A stretch of 64,000 bases of DNA from an uncultured virus (IMG/VR IMGVR_UViG_3300033069_000955) (taxonomy: Duplodnaviria; Heunggongvirae; Uroviricota; Caudoviricetes). The notes beneath the pieces were generated by a model. That model ran no database searches. It was not told the DNA's origin and saw only the letters and a program-made list of their open reading frames with translations. This document shows, piece after piece, positions 16,429 through 25,497 of the stretch (within the stretch, counting starts at the first letter, position 1; each line of letters opens with the position of its first letter). The translations under genes and the position numbers were made by a program. The stretch lies in the IMG/VR virus record IMGVR_UViG_3300033069_000955; one strand, written 5' to 3'.

Positions 16429-16683
16429 ATGATACTTTCTGGGAAACGATTAACTGAAACAAGCTTAGGTACATTTATTAACCTAGCTTTAGATAACCCC
16501 ACTTTACCTGGACCTTTCTCAGAGTTTGCTAATTCTGTTTTTAGTTTAGGTGTTACTGGTGTCACTATAGCTGATACCTCTGGTCTTTCTGCATCTGGTA
16601 CAGTTCTTACTAGGTACCCTGGTGCCACTGCTAAGGCTACTATGACTGAGGATGTTCTTAGAGCAGCAAGGGAGCAATTTTAA
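16429..16683 (+). CDS. hypothetical protein
   Basis: AGGAG upstream; TAATG coupling to the next gene. Confidence 0.6.
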   Translation: MILSGKRLTETSLGTFINLALDNPTLPGPFSEFANSVFSLGVTGVTIADTSGLSASGTVLTRYPGATAKATMTEDVLRAAREQF

Positions 16684-17330
16684 TGATTAATCAAGATGGT
16701 ATGATTACGCCAGGCCTTATTATCAGTGATGATGGTATTCCTTATGATGTAACACTTGGACGTTCATTTGATACGTTTGGGGAAGGGGATACACAGCTTC
16801 CTGAACTATTACTACCTGCTGACTCTATTACTTTTAGTACTACAGGACAACTAACACCAGCTAAAACATTTGGTGGTACACTCACTTTTGCTGATGCTGC
16901 CGTACAAAGCCCGATTACTGTAACTTTTGAATTCTGGAAACAAGGTAAGCTTTGTAATACTAAAAATGTTTCAGTTGATATGGGTGAAGTTTATTCTTCT
17001 TCAATTACTGGTTTGCCTGTGGGCACTTATTCTGTTCTAATTAAAGCTGGTAGGCCAAGATTGAATCGAGTAGTTAGAAATGTGGTTTTTACTAAAACTG
17101 GAACTGCTACACCTGTGACTACAACTATCTATACTGGTGATTGTAATGGTGATGGTGTAGTTGATGCTGCTGACGTAGATTATGCAATCAGTGTACTTGG
17201 TGCTACTCCTAGTGATCCTACTTGGAGTACTGCTGGAAGGTATGCAGATTTGGATAACTCAGAGGAAGTGGATGCTGTAGATCAGGATCTTGTGACTGCA
17301 AATATTGGTAGAACACACGACACTGTTTAA
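16683..17330 (+). CDS. beta-sandwich plus dockerin-like (paired Ca-binding loop) protein
   Basis: GDCNGDGVVDAAD and ADLDNSEEVDAVD repeats preceded by GTYSVLIKA. Confidence 0.8.
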   Translation: MINQDGMITPGLIISDDGIPYDVTLGRSFDTFGEGDTQLPELLLPADSITFSTTGQLTPAKTFGGTLTFADAAVQSPITVTFEFWKQGKLCNTKNVSVDMGEVYSSSITGLPVGTYSVLIKAGRPRLNRVVRNVVFTKTGTATPVTTTIYTGDCNGDGVVDAADVDYAISVLGATPSDPTWSTAGRYADLDNSEEVDAVDQDLVTANIGRTHDTV

Positions 17331-17342
17331 GTAGATTTAAGT

Positions 17343-17844
17343 GATAGTTTGGCAGAGTGGACGATTGCACGAGGCTTTGACAACACTATCTAATATGCTA
17401 ACCCAACAAAACAGTAAAAAACAAGGGGATGTCGGTCTTGGTAGTGCGATTAGTTATTTTACTTCTAAGGGTTTGACTGTCTGTATTCCCTTAACAGATA
17501 GCCAAGATTATGACTTAGTAGTTGACTTGAATGGATTAAAAAAAATTCAAGTAAAAACTACAACATCAAAACCTAGATACGATATTTTTGTAGTTTGTTT
17601 AAAAGTCTGTGGTGGAAATAAATCTAGATCTACCATTAAGAAATTCGATCCATCATTTGTAGATTTTGTTTTTGTTCTAACAAATGAAGGGGAGACATAT
17701 TTATTACCTTCATCAATATGTGGTTCTACTGCAATATCTTTAGGAAAAGATAAAGAGAAATATAAACTCATTGTTGGTTCTTTAGATTTTTGGGAATCTT
17801 AGTCTGTAAAAAGCGCGTAGGTTCGAATCCTACAGCTATCACCA
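17343..17844 (+). tRNA. long-variable-arm tRNA interrupted in the anticodon loop (identity ambiguous)
   Basis: 5' half GATAGTT TG GCAG AGTGGACGA TTGC A CGAGG CT (17343-17376); 3' half AA TCTTA...GTAGG TTCGAAT CCTAC AGCTATC A CCA (17795-17844); acceptor halves pair. Confidence 0.8.
17395..17802 (+). CDS. PD-(D/E)XK homing-type endonuclease (I-Ssp6803I / PDDEXK_5-like)
   Basis: KQGDVG...IPLTDSQDYDLVV...KIQVKT motifs; start trimmed to MLTQQ. Confidence 0.85.
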   Translation: MLTQQNSKKQGDVGLGSAISYFTSKGLTVCIPLTDSQDYDLVVDLNGLKKIQVKTTTSKPRYDIFVVCLKVCGGNKSRSTIKKFDPSFVDFVFVLTNEGETYLLPSSICGSTAISLGKDKEKYKLIVGSLDFWES

Positions 17845-17852
17845 TGATTTAA

Positions 17853-17938
17853 GGAAGATCACCCTGGCTGGGCTGGGGGCTGTCTTGAAAACAGAACGAC
17901 CTACAAGGGTTGGGGTTCGATTCCTCGGTCTTCCTCCA
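17853..17938 (+). tRNA. tRNA-Ser(TGA), can fold as an 8/4 Sec-like cloverleaf
   Basis: GGAAGATC/GGTCTTCC acceptor, loop CT-TGA-AA, long variable arm, TTCGATT T loop, T-CCA. Confidence 0.85.
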
Positions 17939-17946
17939 TTTTAATG

Positions 17947-18023
17947 GGACCAATAGCCAAATGGTAAGGCAACCAGTTGCAACCTGGTGATTTTCGGGGG
18001 TTCGATTCCCTCTTGGTCCTCCA
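17947..18023 (+). tRNA. tRNA-Cys(GCA)
   Basis: GGACCAA/TTGGTCC acceptor, loop TT-GCA-AC, U73, CCA. Confidence 0.92.
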
Positions 18024-18037
18024 ACACTACTTCTGTA

Positions 18038-19075
18038 ATGAAAGTAGATTTAACTAAATCTTCTATATTGGTTTGCGGTGGTGCTGGTTTCATTGGTTCT
18101 ACTTTTGCTAAGTTAGTTAAACAAAAGTATCCAGAAGCCAGCATTGTTGTTTATGATGCCCTTACCTATGCTGGTAATCCTCATAACTTACCTCCAAATA
18201 TTCCTTTGGTAAAAGGATTAATTCAAGATAGAATTCTTTTATCTTCCTGGTTTGAAAAAGAAGTTCCTGATTATATTGTAAACTTTGCGGCTGAGACCCA
18301 TAATGATAGATCACTAACTAATCCTACATCTTTTATTGAGACAAATGTGGAAGGAGTTGGAGTTCTTTGTGATTTAGCCAATAAATTTTCTGTTAAGAAG
18401 CTAGTTCATGTATCTACTGATGAATCATATGGTAGTATTAAGAACGGTAGTTTTAAGGAAACTGATCCTATTCATCCTAATACTCCTTACTCAGCAGCTA
18501 AGGCTGGGGGTGAATTAATCGCACTAGCCCACCATAATACATTTGGGACCCCTGTTTGTATTACGAGAGGGGGAAACACCTATGGTCCTAACCAATACCC
18601 AGAAAAACTGATTCCTTTTTTCCTTACCAGGCTTCTAGAAAACAAAAAAATTCCTGTTTATGGTAATGGATCGGCTGTAAGAGAATGGATTCATGCTGAA
18701 GATCACGCAGAAGGTGTACTTTCAGTTTTGGAGAGAGGGAAAATTGGGGAAATTTACAATATTGGTGATGTAAATGAAAGGAACAATATGGAAATTGTAC
18801 AAATTCTTCTTGCTGAGACTGAAAAGGGGGAGGATTTGATTAAATACATTGAAGATCCGAGAAAAAATGCCCACGATATGAGGTATTCTCTCTGTACTGA
18901 TAAGATTGAAACAGAATTAGGCTGGAAAGCTAAGAAAAATTTTGATGATGGACTTAAAGAAACCATCAATTGGTACAAAGAAAACGAGAATTGGTGGAAA
19001 GAAGTTCAGGAAACTGATGATTATAGGAACTTTGTCACTCAGTTTTACTCTAAAAGTTTAGGAGAAGACCTTTGA
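18038..19075 (+). CDS. rmlB: dTDP-glucose 4,6-dehydratase
   Basis: GGAGFIG, DALTYAGN, NFAAETHND, STDE, YSAAK, YGPNQYPEKLIP; start trimmed to MKVDL. Confidence 0.95.
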   Translation: MKVDLTKSSILVCGGAGFIGSTFAKLVKQKYPEASIVVYDALTYAGNPHNLPPNIPLVKGLIQDRILLSSWFEKEVPDYIVNFAAETHNDRSLTNPTSFIETNVEGVGVLCDLANKFSVKKLVHVSTDESYGSIKNGSFKETDPIHPNTPYSAAKAGGELIALAHHNTFGTPVCITRGGNTYGPNQYPEKLIPFFLTRLLENKKIPVYGNGSAVREWIHAEDHAEGVLSVLERGKIGEIYNIGDVNERNNMEIVQILLAETEKGEDLIKYIEDPRKNAHDMRYSLCTDKIETELGWKAKKNFDDGLKETINWYKENENWWKEVQETDDYRNFVTQFYSKSLGEDL

Positions 19076-20142
19076 AAGGATTAATACTTGCAGGTGGTAA
19101 AGGAACAAGGCTTAGACCCCTTACCTACTCGATTTCTAAGCAACTTATACCTATTGCTAATAAACCTGTGGTGGAATATGGGATTGAAGCCCTTGTAAAG
19201 GCTGGAATTACTAATATTGGCATTATTATATCGGAACATGATAGCCCTATAATTGGCTCCTGTGGCGATGGAGAGAGATGGGGGTGTACTTTTACCTATA
19301 TTGTACAAGATGAGCCTCTAGGACTCGCACACGCTGTTAAAACTGCCCATCCTTTCTTGATGGACGATCCATTTGTAATGTATTTAGGGGATAACCTCAT
19401 AAATGCAGATATATCTCCAGTTATACAAGAATTTAAACTACAAAATCCAGCTGCTACAATCCTTTTAAAGCAAGTAGAAAATCCCAGCCAATTCGGAGTA
19501 GCAGAAATTGAGGGGGATGTTGTTGTGAATCTCGTAGAGAAGCCTGTAGAACCCAAATCCGATCTCGCTTTGGTGGGTATTTATCTTTTTTCTCCTATCA
19601 TTCATGCCGCAATTGAGAAATTATTGCCCTCAAAAAGAGGAGAATACGAAATTACTGAGGCTATACAGACACTCTTGGACTACAAGCACACTGTACTTCA
19701 TCACACCATTAATGAGGCTTGGTGGAAAGATACAGGCAGTAGTGAGGCTCTAATTGAGGCAAATGAGGTGGTTTTATCGTCTATTTCAGAAGATTTAGCA
19801 GGTGAAATTTATGATAGTGTCGTTACAGACCACGTAATTTTACATAAAACAGCTAAAGTTATCAATTCACTAATTGAAGGACCAGCTATTATTGGAGAAA
19901 ATACAGTGATAGCCAATAGTTATGTGGGAGCATTTACTTCAATTGGAAATAATGTGTTTATTGAGAATACTCATATTGAAAATTCAATTGTAATGGATGG
20001 ATCCTCACTATATTCAATCAAAGCTTGTAGAAACTCTTTAATTGGTAGGAACGTATACTTAGAAGAAGAACCAAAAAATGAAGATCAAGCTAAACAATTC
20101 AAGGTTTTCGTACTAGGAGACGATAGTAATGTCAGTTTATAA
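19072..20142 (+). CDS. rmlA: glucose-1-phosphate thymidylyltransferase, long form
   Basis: LILAGGKGTRLRPLT, KQLIPIANKP, LGDN, EKP, WWKDTG and a C-terminal hexapeptide-repeat region. Confidence 0.93.
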   Translation: MKGLILAGGKGTRLRPLTYSISKQLIPIANKPVVEYGIEALVKAGITNIGIIISEHDSPIIGSCGDGERWGCTFTYIVQDEPLGLAHAVKTAHPFLMDDPFVMYLGDNLINADISPVIQEFKLQNPAATILLKQVENPSQFGVAEIEGDVVVNLVEKPVEPKSDLALVGIYLFSPIIHAAIEKLLPSKRGEYEITEAIQTLLDYKHTVLHHTINEAWWKDTGSSEALIEANEVVLSSISEDLAGEIYDSVVTDHVILHKTAKVINSLIEGPAIIGENTVIANSYVGAFTSIGNNVFIENTHIENSIVMDGSSLYSIKACRNSLIGRNVYLEEEPKNEDQAKQFKVFVLGDDSNVSL

Positions 20143-20485
20143 TATCAAATTTACAACTAAAGCCAATTTTATAGAAATTGTAGCTTGTATTGAGCAAGAG
20201 TTAATAGAAATTTCTGTTGACACACAGGCACTTGTTAAAACTTATTCTACCAAAATAAATAACCTTAATAATTCTTTAAAGAAATTAGTGGCTATTTCTG
20301 ATTTAGTGATTATTTATGCGGGATTAGATATTCCCACATTACCACCTCTACCCCAACCAATTACCAACCCAAGACCTACTCCTTATAATCCCTTAAACCC
20401 ATATCCCTGGGAAAAAGATAGAGGCATACCAAGACCTGGTAGTCCTCCTATTTGGTATGAAGTCACATGTAAAATAGAAGATTAA
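20129..20485 (+). CDS. hypothetical protein with Pro-rich tail
   Basis: AGGAG upstream; overlaps the rmlA stop. Confidence 0.55.
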   Translation: MSVYNIKFTTKANFIEIVACIEQELIEISVDTQALVKTYSTKINNLNNSLKKLVAISDLVIIYAGLDIPTLPPLPQPITNPRPTPYNPLNPYPWEKDRGIPRPGSPPIWYEVTCKIED

Positions 20486-23400
20486 AGTTTAGGTATCCCA
20501 GCCTCATTCATTAGGCTATCCTGTAAAGCTCTTCCAGCTTCTCGTCCACCACGGACAACTTGCTTGGAAGAGTTTATTATTTCAGCAGCACTAAAACTTT
20601 CTTTAATTCCTGCACCAACCACATTAGCTTCTGACATTTGTTTGGCAAAAGAACCCATGGCATGGAAAATAAACTGTGCCCCTATACCAGCAATATTATT
20701 GCCAAATTCATCGTCTAACGCATTAGCAATTTTACCAAGCAATTTGGGTCTACCGAGAGTTCTACTAGTTAAATTAGTTTCCTTAAAGCTCTTATAAACA
20801 TCACCGTAGTTACCAGCAGCAAATAGATCATCTGTTTCTGCCACTAAACCACTAAAAGCCTGAGTTGCCCCACGATCAGTTAACGTAATATTTTGTTGAA
20901 CTTTTTCTAGTGGATCAATAAAGCCTGTTTTAATTCTGGAAAGAAAGGTATCTTGGTCGTGTCCGTGTTTTTCAAAGACCTCTTCAAAATTAATAAGACC
21001 ACCTCTGGCTCCAGCTCTAAATTCTTCTCCCAAATCATCAATACTAAGTCTTCCTTCATTAATAGCTGTTTGGAGTACCTGTTGATATCTGGGAATTTCA
21101 TTACCACGCGATCTAGATTGGTTAATATGCATCAAGACATCAATTAATTTGCCTTCTGCATCTCTCATATCATCTACTGTGTGAACAACTGCTTTATCAC
21201 CGAAAAGAGAACCCATTTTAAATACTCTGTTTAAAGTAGTATCCATGCCCTTTTCGTTAAGATGATAAATAGTATTACCACCTATCTGCTTCTTATCCCA
21301 CATACCCATAAATTCTTTTTGGAATTTAGTACGAAGATGTTGTTCTTCCAGTCTAGTTAATCTTCTTCCATTAGCAAGCTGTCTGTCACCTAACATATAG
21401 GCAACATAATCTTCCATAGACCCACCTAATTTATCTTGGGTCAAAGTGGGACCTATTTGTAGTTTAGTTTTAATCTGCTCAATAGATCTGTCTCTAAAAC
21501 TACGAGACATTAAAATCACACCTTCATCAGGTCTTTTTAGACCCATAGAAGCATTTGGATCAGTCATTCTGAAATATTCTAAAGGAATTTCAGTATCAGC
21601 CAACACCATACGAGCTTTACCAAGCCTAATACCCCCAGCCATTTGTCTTTGAATGTCTGTTTGTCGTTTAGCTTGCTCTAAAGGTGTAAAATATCTTAGA
21701 TCCATTCCAACGGTTCTAATATCACCGGGAGCAGATCCAAAAGCCATCTGCATATATCTATCAGAACCACTAGATGTATTTTTACTAATAAAACCACCAA
21801 AACTGTGCAGAGCTTGCATAATGGTGTCGGTTTTTACCTCTGGAGAGAGGTTTTGTCCTCTTACATCAAGACCATATCTTGCTGATACTCTGCGAACATC
21901 AAGAGGATTAGCAGCCTTAATATACCCTGTATTAGGATCAATTTCTACAGCTGCATCAGTTAAACCGTTAGCATGGCTTATAATATCATTAAGATGCTTC
22001 TGAATAGTGGTAAGCATAGCTCCCCTATGAGTAACATCGTATTTTAAGGCTATTTCTTGGTGTAAAGCACTTCCAGCACCAGCAGTTTCTAGCTTTTGAC
22101 GCATGGTTCTGCTAAACGAATTGACCTGATCTATGTTGTTAGGATCAATACCGTAAGAAGAAGCAATTTGTCGTTTAGTATCACTATCTTGAGTTAATCT
22201 TTGTAGAATAGTATGAAATTCAAGTTCACCAGAAGTATCACCAAATTGTCTAGTATTACCATACTGTTCTTGGAGTCTTCTTTCTAGCTCTGTAGCTAGG
22301 TATTCTCTGCGATTATGAAGAGCAACACCACCATTTGAGGGGCTAGCTATATTACCAAATAAACTAACTTGGGTAATATCATTACCATTACTACCGCCAA
22401 TTTGAGGGGCTACAACTTGACCTTGAGCATTTCTAATGGTGATAGCTAAAGGTGCTGGCCGATAGTTAATATTATCTTTTAGATGATCAGCTGTAACAAT
22501 ACCCTCAAAACCATTGAGTTCTTGGAATTGAATAAGTGGTTTATTATCAACCACAGGCACCTGTGATAACCTACCTAAAGTGGTTCCTTGTCTTCTTCCA
22601 GAATAATCCCCATAATTAATAGGAGAACGTGGTTCAATATCCCCTTTTCTAGTCTGAATATCATCTATGTTGACATTTAAGAAAGCTCTGTTAGTTACAT
22701 CAAAGAAGGTTTCATCATCAGTTTTTGATACTAAAGAACTAATTAATGAGGCGTGAATTCTATCATTAAGCTGAGTAATTGTTTTAACTCTCATTAACAA
22801 AGGATCATTTACATATTCTTTGAAGGTGTCAACAATACTTAAAGCATCGGACCTAGAAATTGCATTAGCATTACGTCCAACTTTCAACGATCTGACTTCA
22901 ATATCGTCTAATCGCTCTGGGTCGTCAAGCATATGTTTGGATATGTAGTCAATTTCAGTTTTTCTGCGTAAATTAAGGTTTTTAGTGGGGTCATCACTAA
23001 AATGAAGCATACTTTCTAAAAATGTTTCTTCATTTGCTTGAATTAACTCACCTTGAGCATTATATACACCAAAAGCTTTACCACCAATTACTTTAGCAGT
23101 TTTATTTGGTTCTCGTCTTAGAATTTCTAGCTGTGCTCTGGCTGCTTCTTGCTGCTCTTTAAGCATACTTAAATACTTATTAGGCTCAGCCTCTCTCATT
23201 CTATGCAACTCATATAGGTTGGTAATTATAGCTCTTTGGTCGTGAGCTATAGTGAAAATACCAGTTTCATTTGCTGCTAATGATTTTTCCGCTATATATT
23301 TTCTTACTGAATCTAAATTACGAACCCCACCAAACCCTGCTCTGGACTCTGGCTTATCATAAGCCCTTAAAAAATCACCTACAACCGAGTATTTTCTGGA

Positions 23401-24264
23401 AGAAAGCTCATTACTAAAGGCTGATTTAATGCTGTCTGGATCTAACCTATCACCCAGATCTCCGAAATTTAAGCCTGTAAACTTACCAAATAGCTTGGTT
23501 TTATCAAAATTAACACCTTTTTCGTAGTTAATATTACGAAAAACAGGTAGATTTTGAAGTAATGGTTCTTTAACAGGAATCATAAACTCTTCTATGATAT
23601 TCCCGCTTTTATCTCTCTTACGAGCTATGGTAGCAGTAAGTTCGTCACCGTCCATATCAACAACCATAGCACCAGCTTGGATATCGTTAAGGTAAATGAC
23701 GTTGTTACCATTTTTATCTCTTTCAATATGATAATAACCCTTAGTATTTTTATATGGGTCAATGGGTGATTTGCGTAATTCTCCTAAAGGATGTTGTCCA
23801 TTTCCAGCTAAATATGCTTGGTGTTGTTGTAATGCTTTTTTATGGAGAGGTATGCCTGTTGTTGAGGCAATAACCTTAGCTCTGAGTATTTCAATTTCGT
23901 ACCCATGTCTTCTCTGGGCATCTGCTACAGTAAATTTACTGGCAAAGAAAGATTTTAATGCTGCTCCAACATCAATCCTTCCAGCCTCAACAGAATTAAG
24001 AAGTAAAGCCCTTTCAAAGAACTTCTCATTCTCAGCTAAATGAGCAGCAATAAGTTGAGATTGTTTGCCACCAGAGAGCTTATTCCTATTAACAAGCTCA
24101 ATTAACTTAGAAGCTACTTCTGGAGTTTTACCACCAATATCACGGAAAAAGACATTGGTGTCTTGCCCATTAACTGGGACGTTTTTGATAACATTTAGGC
24201 TGGGGGCGGCTTGTCCTAAATCTAAATCATCTATATTTTCTATACCATTATCTAGGGGATTCAT
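20482..24264 (-). CDS. single-chain two-barrel RNA polymerase (beta'-like N-terminal, beta-like C-terminal); possible virion RNAP
   Basis: IYLNDIQAGAMVVDMDGDEL (D203/D205/D207); DEGVILMS; FKMGSLFGDKAVV...DMRDAEGKLIDVLMHINQSRSRGN (K1016/K1024). Confidence 0.85.
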   Translation of the reverse strand: MNPLDNGIENIDDLDLGQAAPSLNVIKNVPVNGQDTNVFFRDIGGKTPEVASKLIELVNRNKLSGGKQSQLIAAHLAENEKFFERALLLNSVEAGRIDVGAALKSFFASKFTVADAQRRHGYEIEILRAKVIASTTGIPLHKKALQQHQAYLAGNGQHPLGELRKSPIDPYKNTKGYYHIERDKNGNNVIYLNDIQAGAMVVDMDGDELTATIARKRDKSGNIIEEFMIPVKEPLLQNLPVFRNINYEKGVNFDKTKLFGKFTGLNFGDLGDRLDPDSIKSAFSNELSSRKYSVVGDFLRAYDKPESRAGFGGVRNLDSVRKYIAEKSLAANETGIFTIAHDQRAIITNLYELHRMREAEPNKYLSMLKEQQEAARAQLEILRREPNKTAKVIGGKAFGVYNAQGELIQANEETFLESMLHFSDDPTKNLNLRRKTEIDYISKHMLDDPERLDDIEVRSLKVGRNANAISRSDALSIVDTFKEYVNDPLLMRVKTITQLNDRIHASLISSLVSKTDDETFFDVTNRAFLNVNIDDIQTRKGDIEPRSPINYGDYSGRRQGTTLGRLSQVPVVDNKPLIQFQELNGFEGIVTADHLKDNINYRPAPLAITIRNAQGQVVAPQIGGSNGNDITQVSLFGNIASPSNGGVALHNRREYLATELERRLQEQYGNTRQFGDTSGELEFHTILQRLTQDSDTKRQIASSYGIDPNNIDQVNSFSRTMRQKLETAGAGSALHQEIALKYDVTHRGAMLTTIQKHLNDIISHANGLTDAAVEIDPNTGYIKAANPLDVRRVSARYGLDVRGQNLSPEVKTDTIMQALHSFGGFISKNTSSGSDRYMQMAFGSAPGDIRTVGMDLRYFTPLEQAKRQTDIQRQMAGGIRLGKARMVLADTEIPLEYFRMTDPNASMGLKRPDEGVILMSRSFRDRSIEQIKTKLQIGPTLTQDKLGGSMEDYVAYMLGDRQLANGRRLTRLEEQHLRTKFQKEFMGMWDKKQIGGNTIYHLNEKGMDTTLNRVFKMGSLFGDKAVVHTVDDMRDAEGKLIDVLMHINQSRSRGNEIPRYQQVLQTAINEGRLSIDDLGEEFRAGARGGLINFEEVFEKHGHDQDTFLSRIKTGFIDPLEKVQQNITLTDRGATQAFSGLVAETDDLFAAGNYGDVYKSFKETNLTSRTLGRPKLLGKIANALDDEFGNNIAGIGAQFIFHAMGSFAKQMSEANVVGAGIKESFSAAEIINSSKQVVRGGREAGRALQDSLMNEAGIPKL

Positions 24265-24365
24265 AGATGTCTACCATAAATAGGGTTCATTTAGCCTCTA
24301 TTTCTTTGTATAAAAACATATTTAAAGGAATAAATAGAGGTCTGTAAAGTATACACTAATTATTA

Positions 24366-24797
24366 ATGGGTGCAAACATGTTTCACAGTGAATTGCCTGT
24401 TCCTGAGTCTGATTATCAGATATTTGGTCGTTATAAGGTTTTCTGTATACTTGCAGATCCTGAAAATCCATTTTGTAAAACTACTCAATTGGAGACATCA
24501 ATACAACTTCAAGTTTATGAAGATGAGAATTTTTTTGAAAGAGAGGTAGAACCTAATCAACCAGTCAAAAGCACTCAATTTTATGATGTTCGCTATATAA
24601 GGGATACTAGACTTAAAGATATCCTTCGTCCAGAATGGCAATTAATGTGGGGACCGCAGGACATAGAAACATTTCTAGAGGTTCACCCTAAAATCAAACC
24701 TTCTACACCAGTAAAAGTTTTTTGCCTAGAAAAGGTCAAACATGATCTCAGACAACTCAATAGACAATATCTTAACCCCTCTAAGTTCGGTAGATAA
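24366..24797 (+). CDS. hypothetical protein
   Basis: First ORF of the plus-strand morphogenesis run. Confidence 0.65.
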   Translation: MGANMFHSELPVPESDYQIFGRYKVFCILADPENPFCKTTQLETSIQLQVYEDENFFEREVEPNQPVKSTQFYDVRYIRDTRLKDILRPEWQLMWGPQDIETFLEVHPKIKPSTPVKVFCLEKVKHDLRQLNRQYLNPSKFGR

Positions 24798-25497
24798 GGC
24801 ACTTATTGCTGAGGATGCTAAAAAGTTTAATTTAGCAGCCCCAATTACTGAAGAAGAGTTTACAGATGCCTTACAAAAATTAGGCACCTATATGTTGTTT
24901 GGTACTAGCTGGGACCCCACCAAGCAAGTACGTATTCCTAAAAAGATTCCTATTATCTCAGACGTACCGATGTATTGTATGGGACATAATTGCAAATATG
25001 CTCAGCTGTGTCCAGTCATTGCTATTATGAAGGAAAAGGACGTTGGATCTATGATAGGGTCACAATGTAGAGCAGATCGGATTTTAGGGGTACAACACTT
25101 TACTTCACTCGTTAAAGACCTTAATATTGAACCAAATCAGACTGTTGACATTATTAACGTTGCTAACCTTGTCAGGTGGATGATTTATCGCAGACGAGTA
25201 GACTGGCAAATCGCTTTGGAAGGGTTGACTGTTCTTGCCGCTGTTGATGTAGATAGAAAAACAAATGAGAAGTTCGGTGAAATAAAAGAACATCCCCTAT
25301 TAAAGACAGCAGAAAGAATTGATAGTATGATTGACAAGGCTCAAAAATCCTTGGTTGCATCCAGAAAAGACAGGCTGCAAGCTGCTGCACAATTTGGCAA
25401 GGAAAAAGAAGCTTTGCTCTCTATTTTCAACTTTAATGTTGACGAAGAACCAGAAGCTTTGCCTCCTGTTGATCCTACTGAAGAACCTGAAGAATAA
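24742..25497 (+). CDS. putative terminase small subunit
   Basis: Upstream of TerL; Cys cluster, then helices with HPLL...SRKDR resembling TerS C-termini. Confidence 0.5.
   Translation: MISDNSIDNILTPLSSVDKALIAEDAKKFNLAAPITEEEFTDALQKLGTYMLFGTSWDPTKQVRIPKKIPIISDVPMYCMGHNCKYAQLCPVIAIMKEKDVGSMIGSQCRADRILGVQHFTSLVKDLNIEPNQTVDIINVANLVRWMIYRRRVDWQIALEGLTVLAAVDVDRKTNEKFGEIKEHPLLKTAERIDSMIDKAQKSLVASRKDRLQAAAQFGKEKEALLSIFNFNVDEEPEALPPVDPTEEPEE

Noticed and set aside
17135..17290. DxxGD motif as a third RNAP active site
   Set aside because: It is a paired Ca-binding dockerin-like loop without barrel context
17341..18037. Track starts at 17341 and 17987
   Set aside because: Both begin inside tRNA sequences; ATGs at 17395 and 18038 fit the protein families
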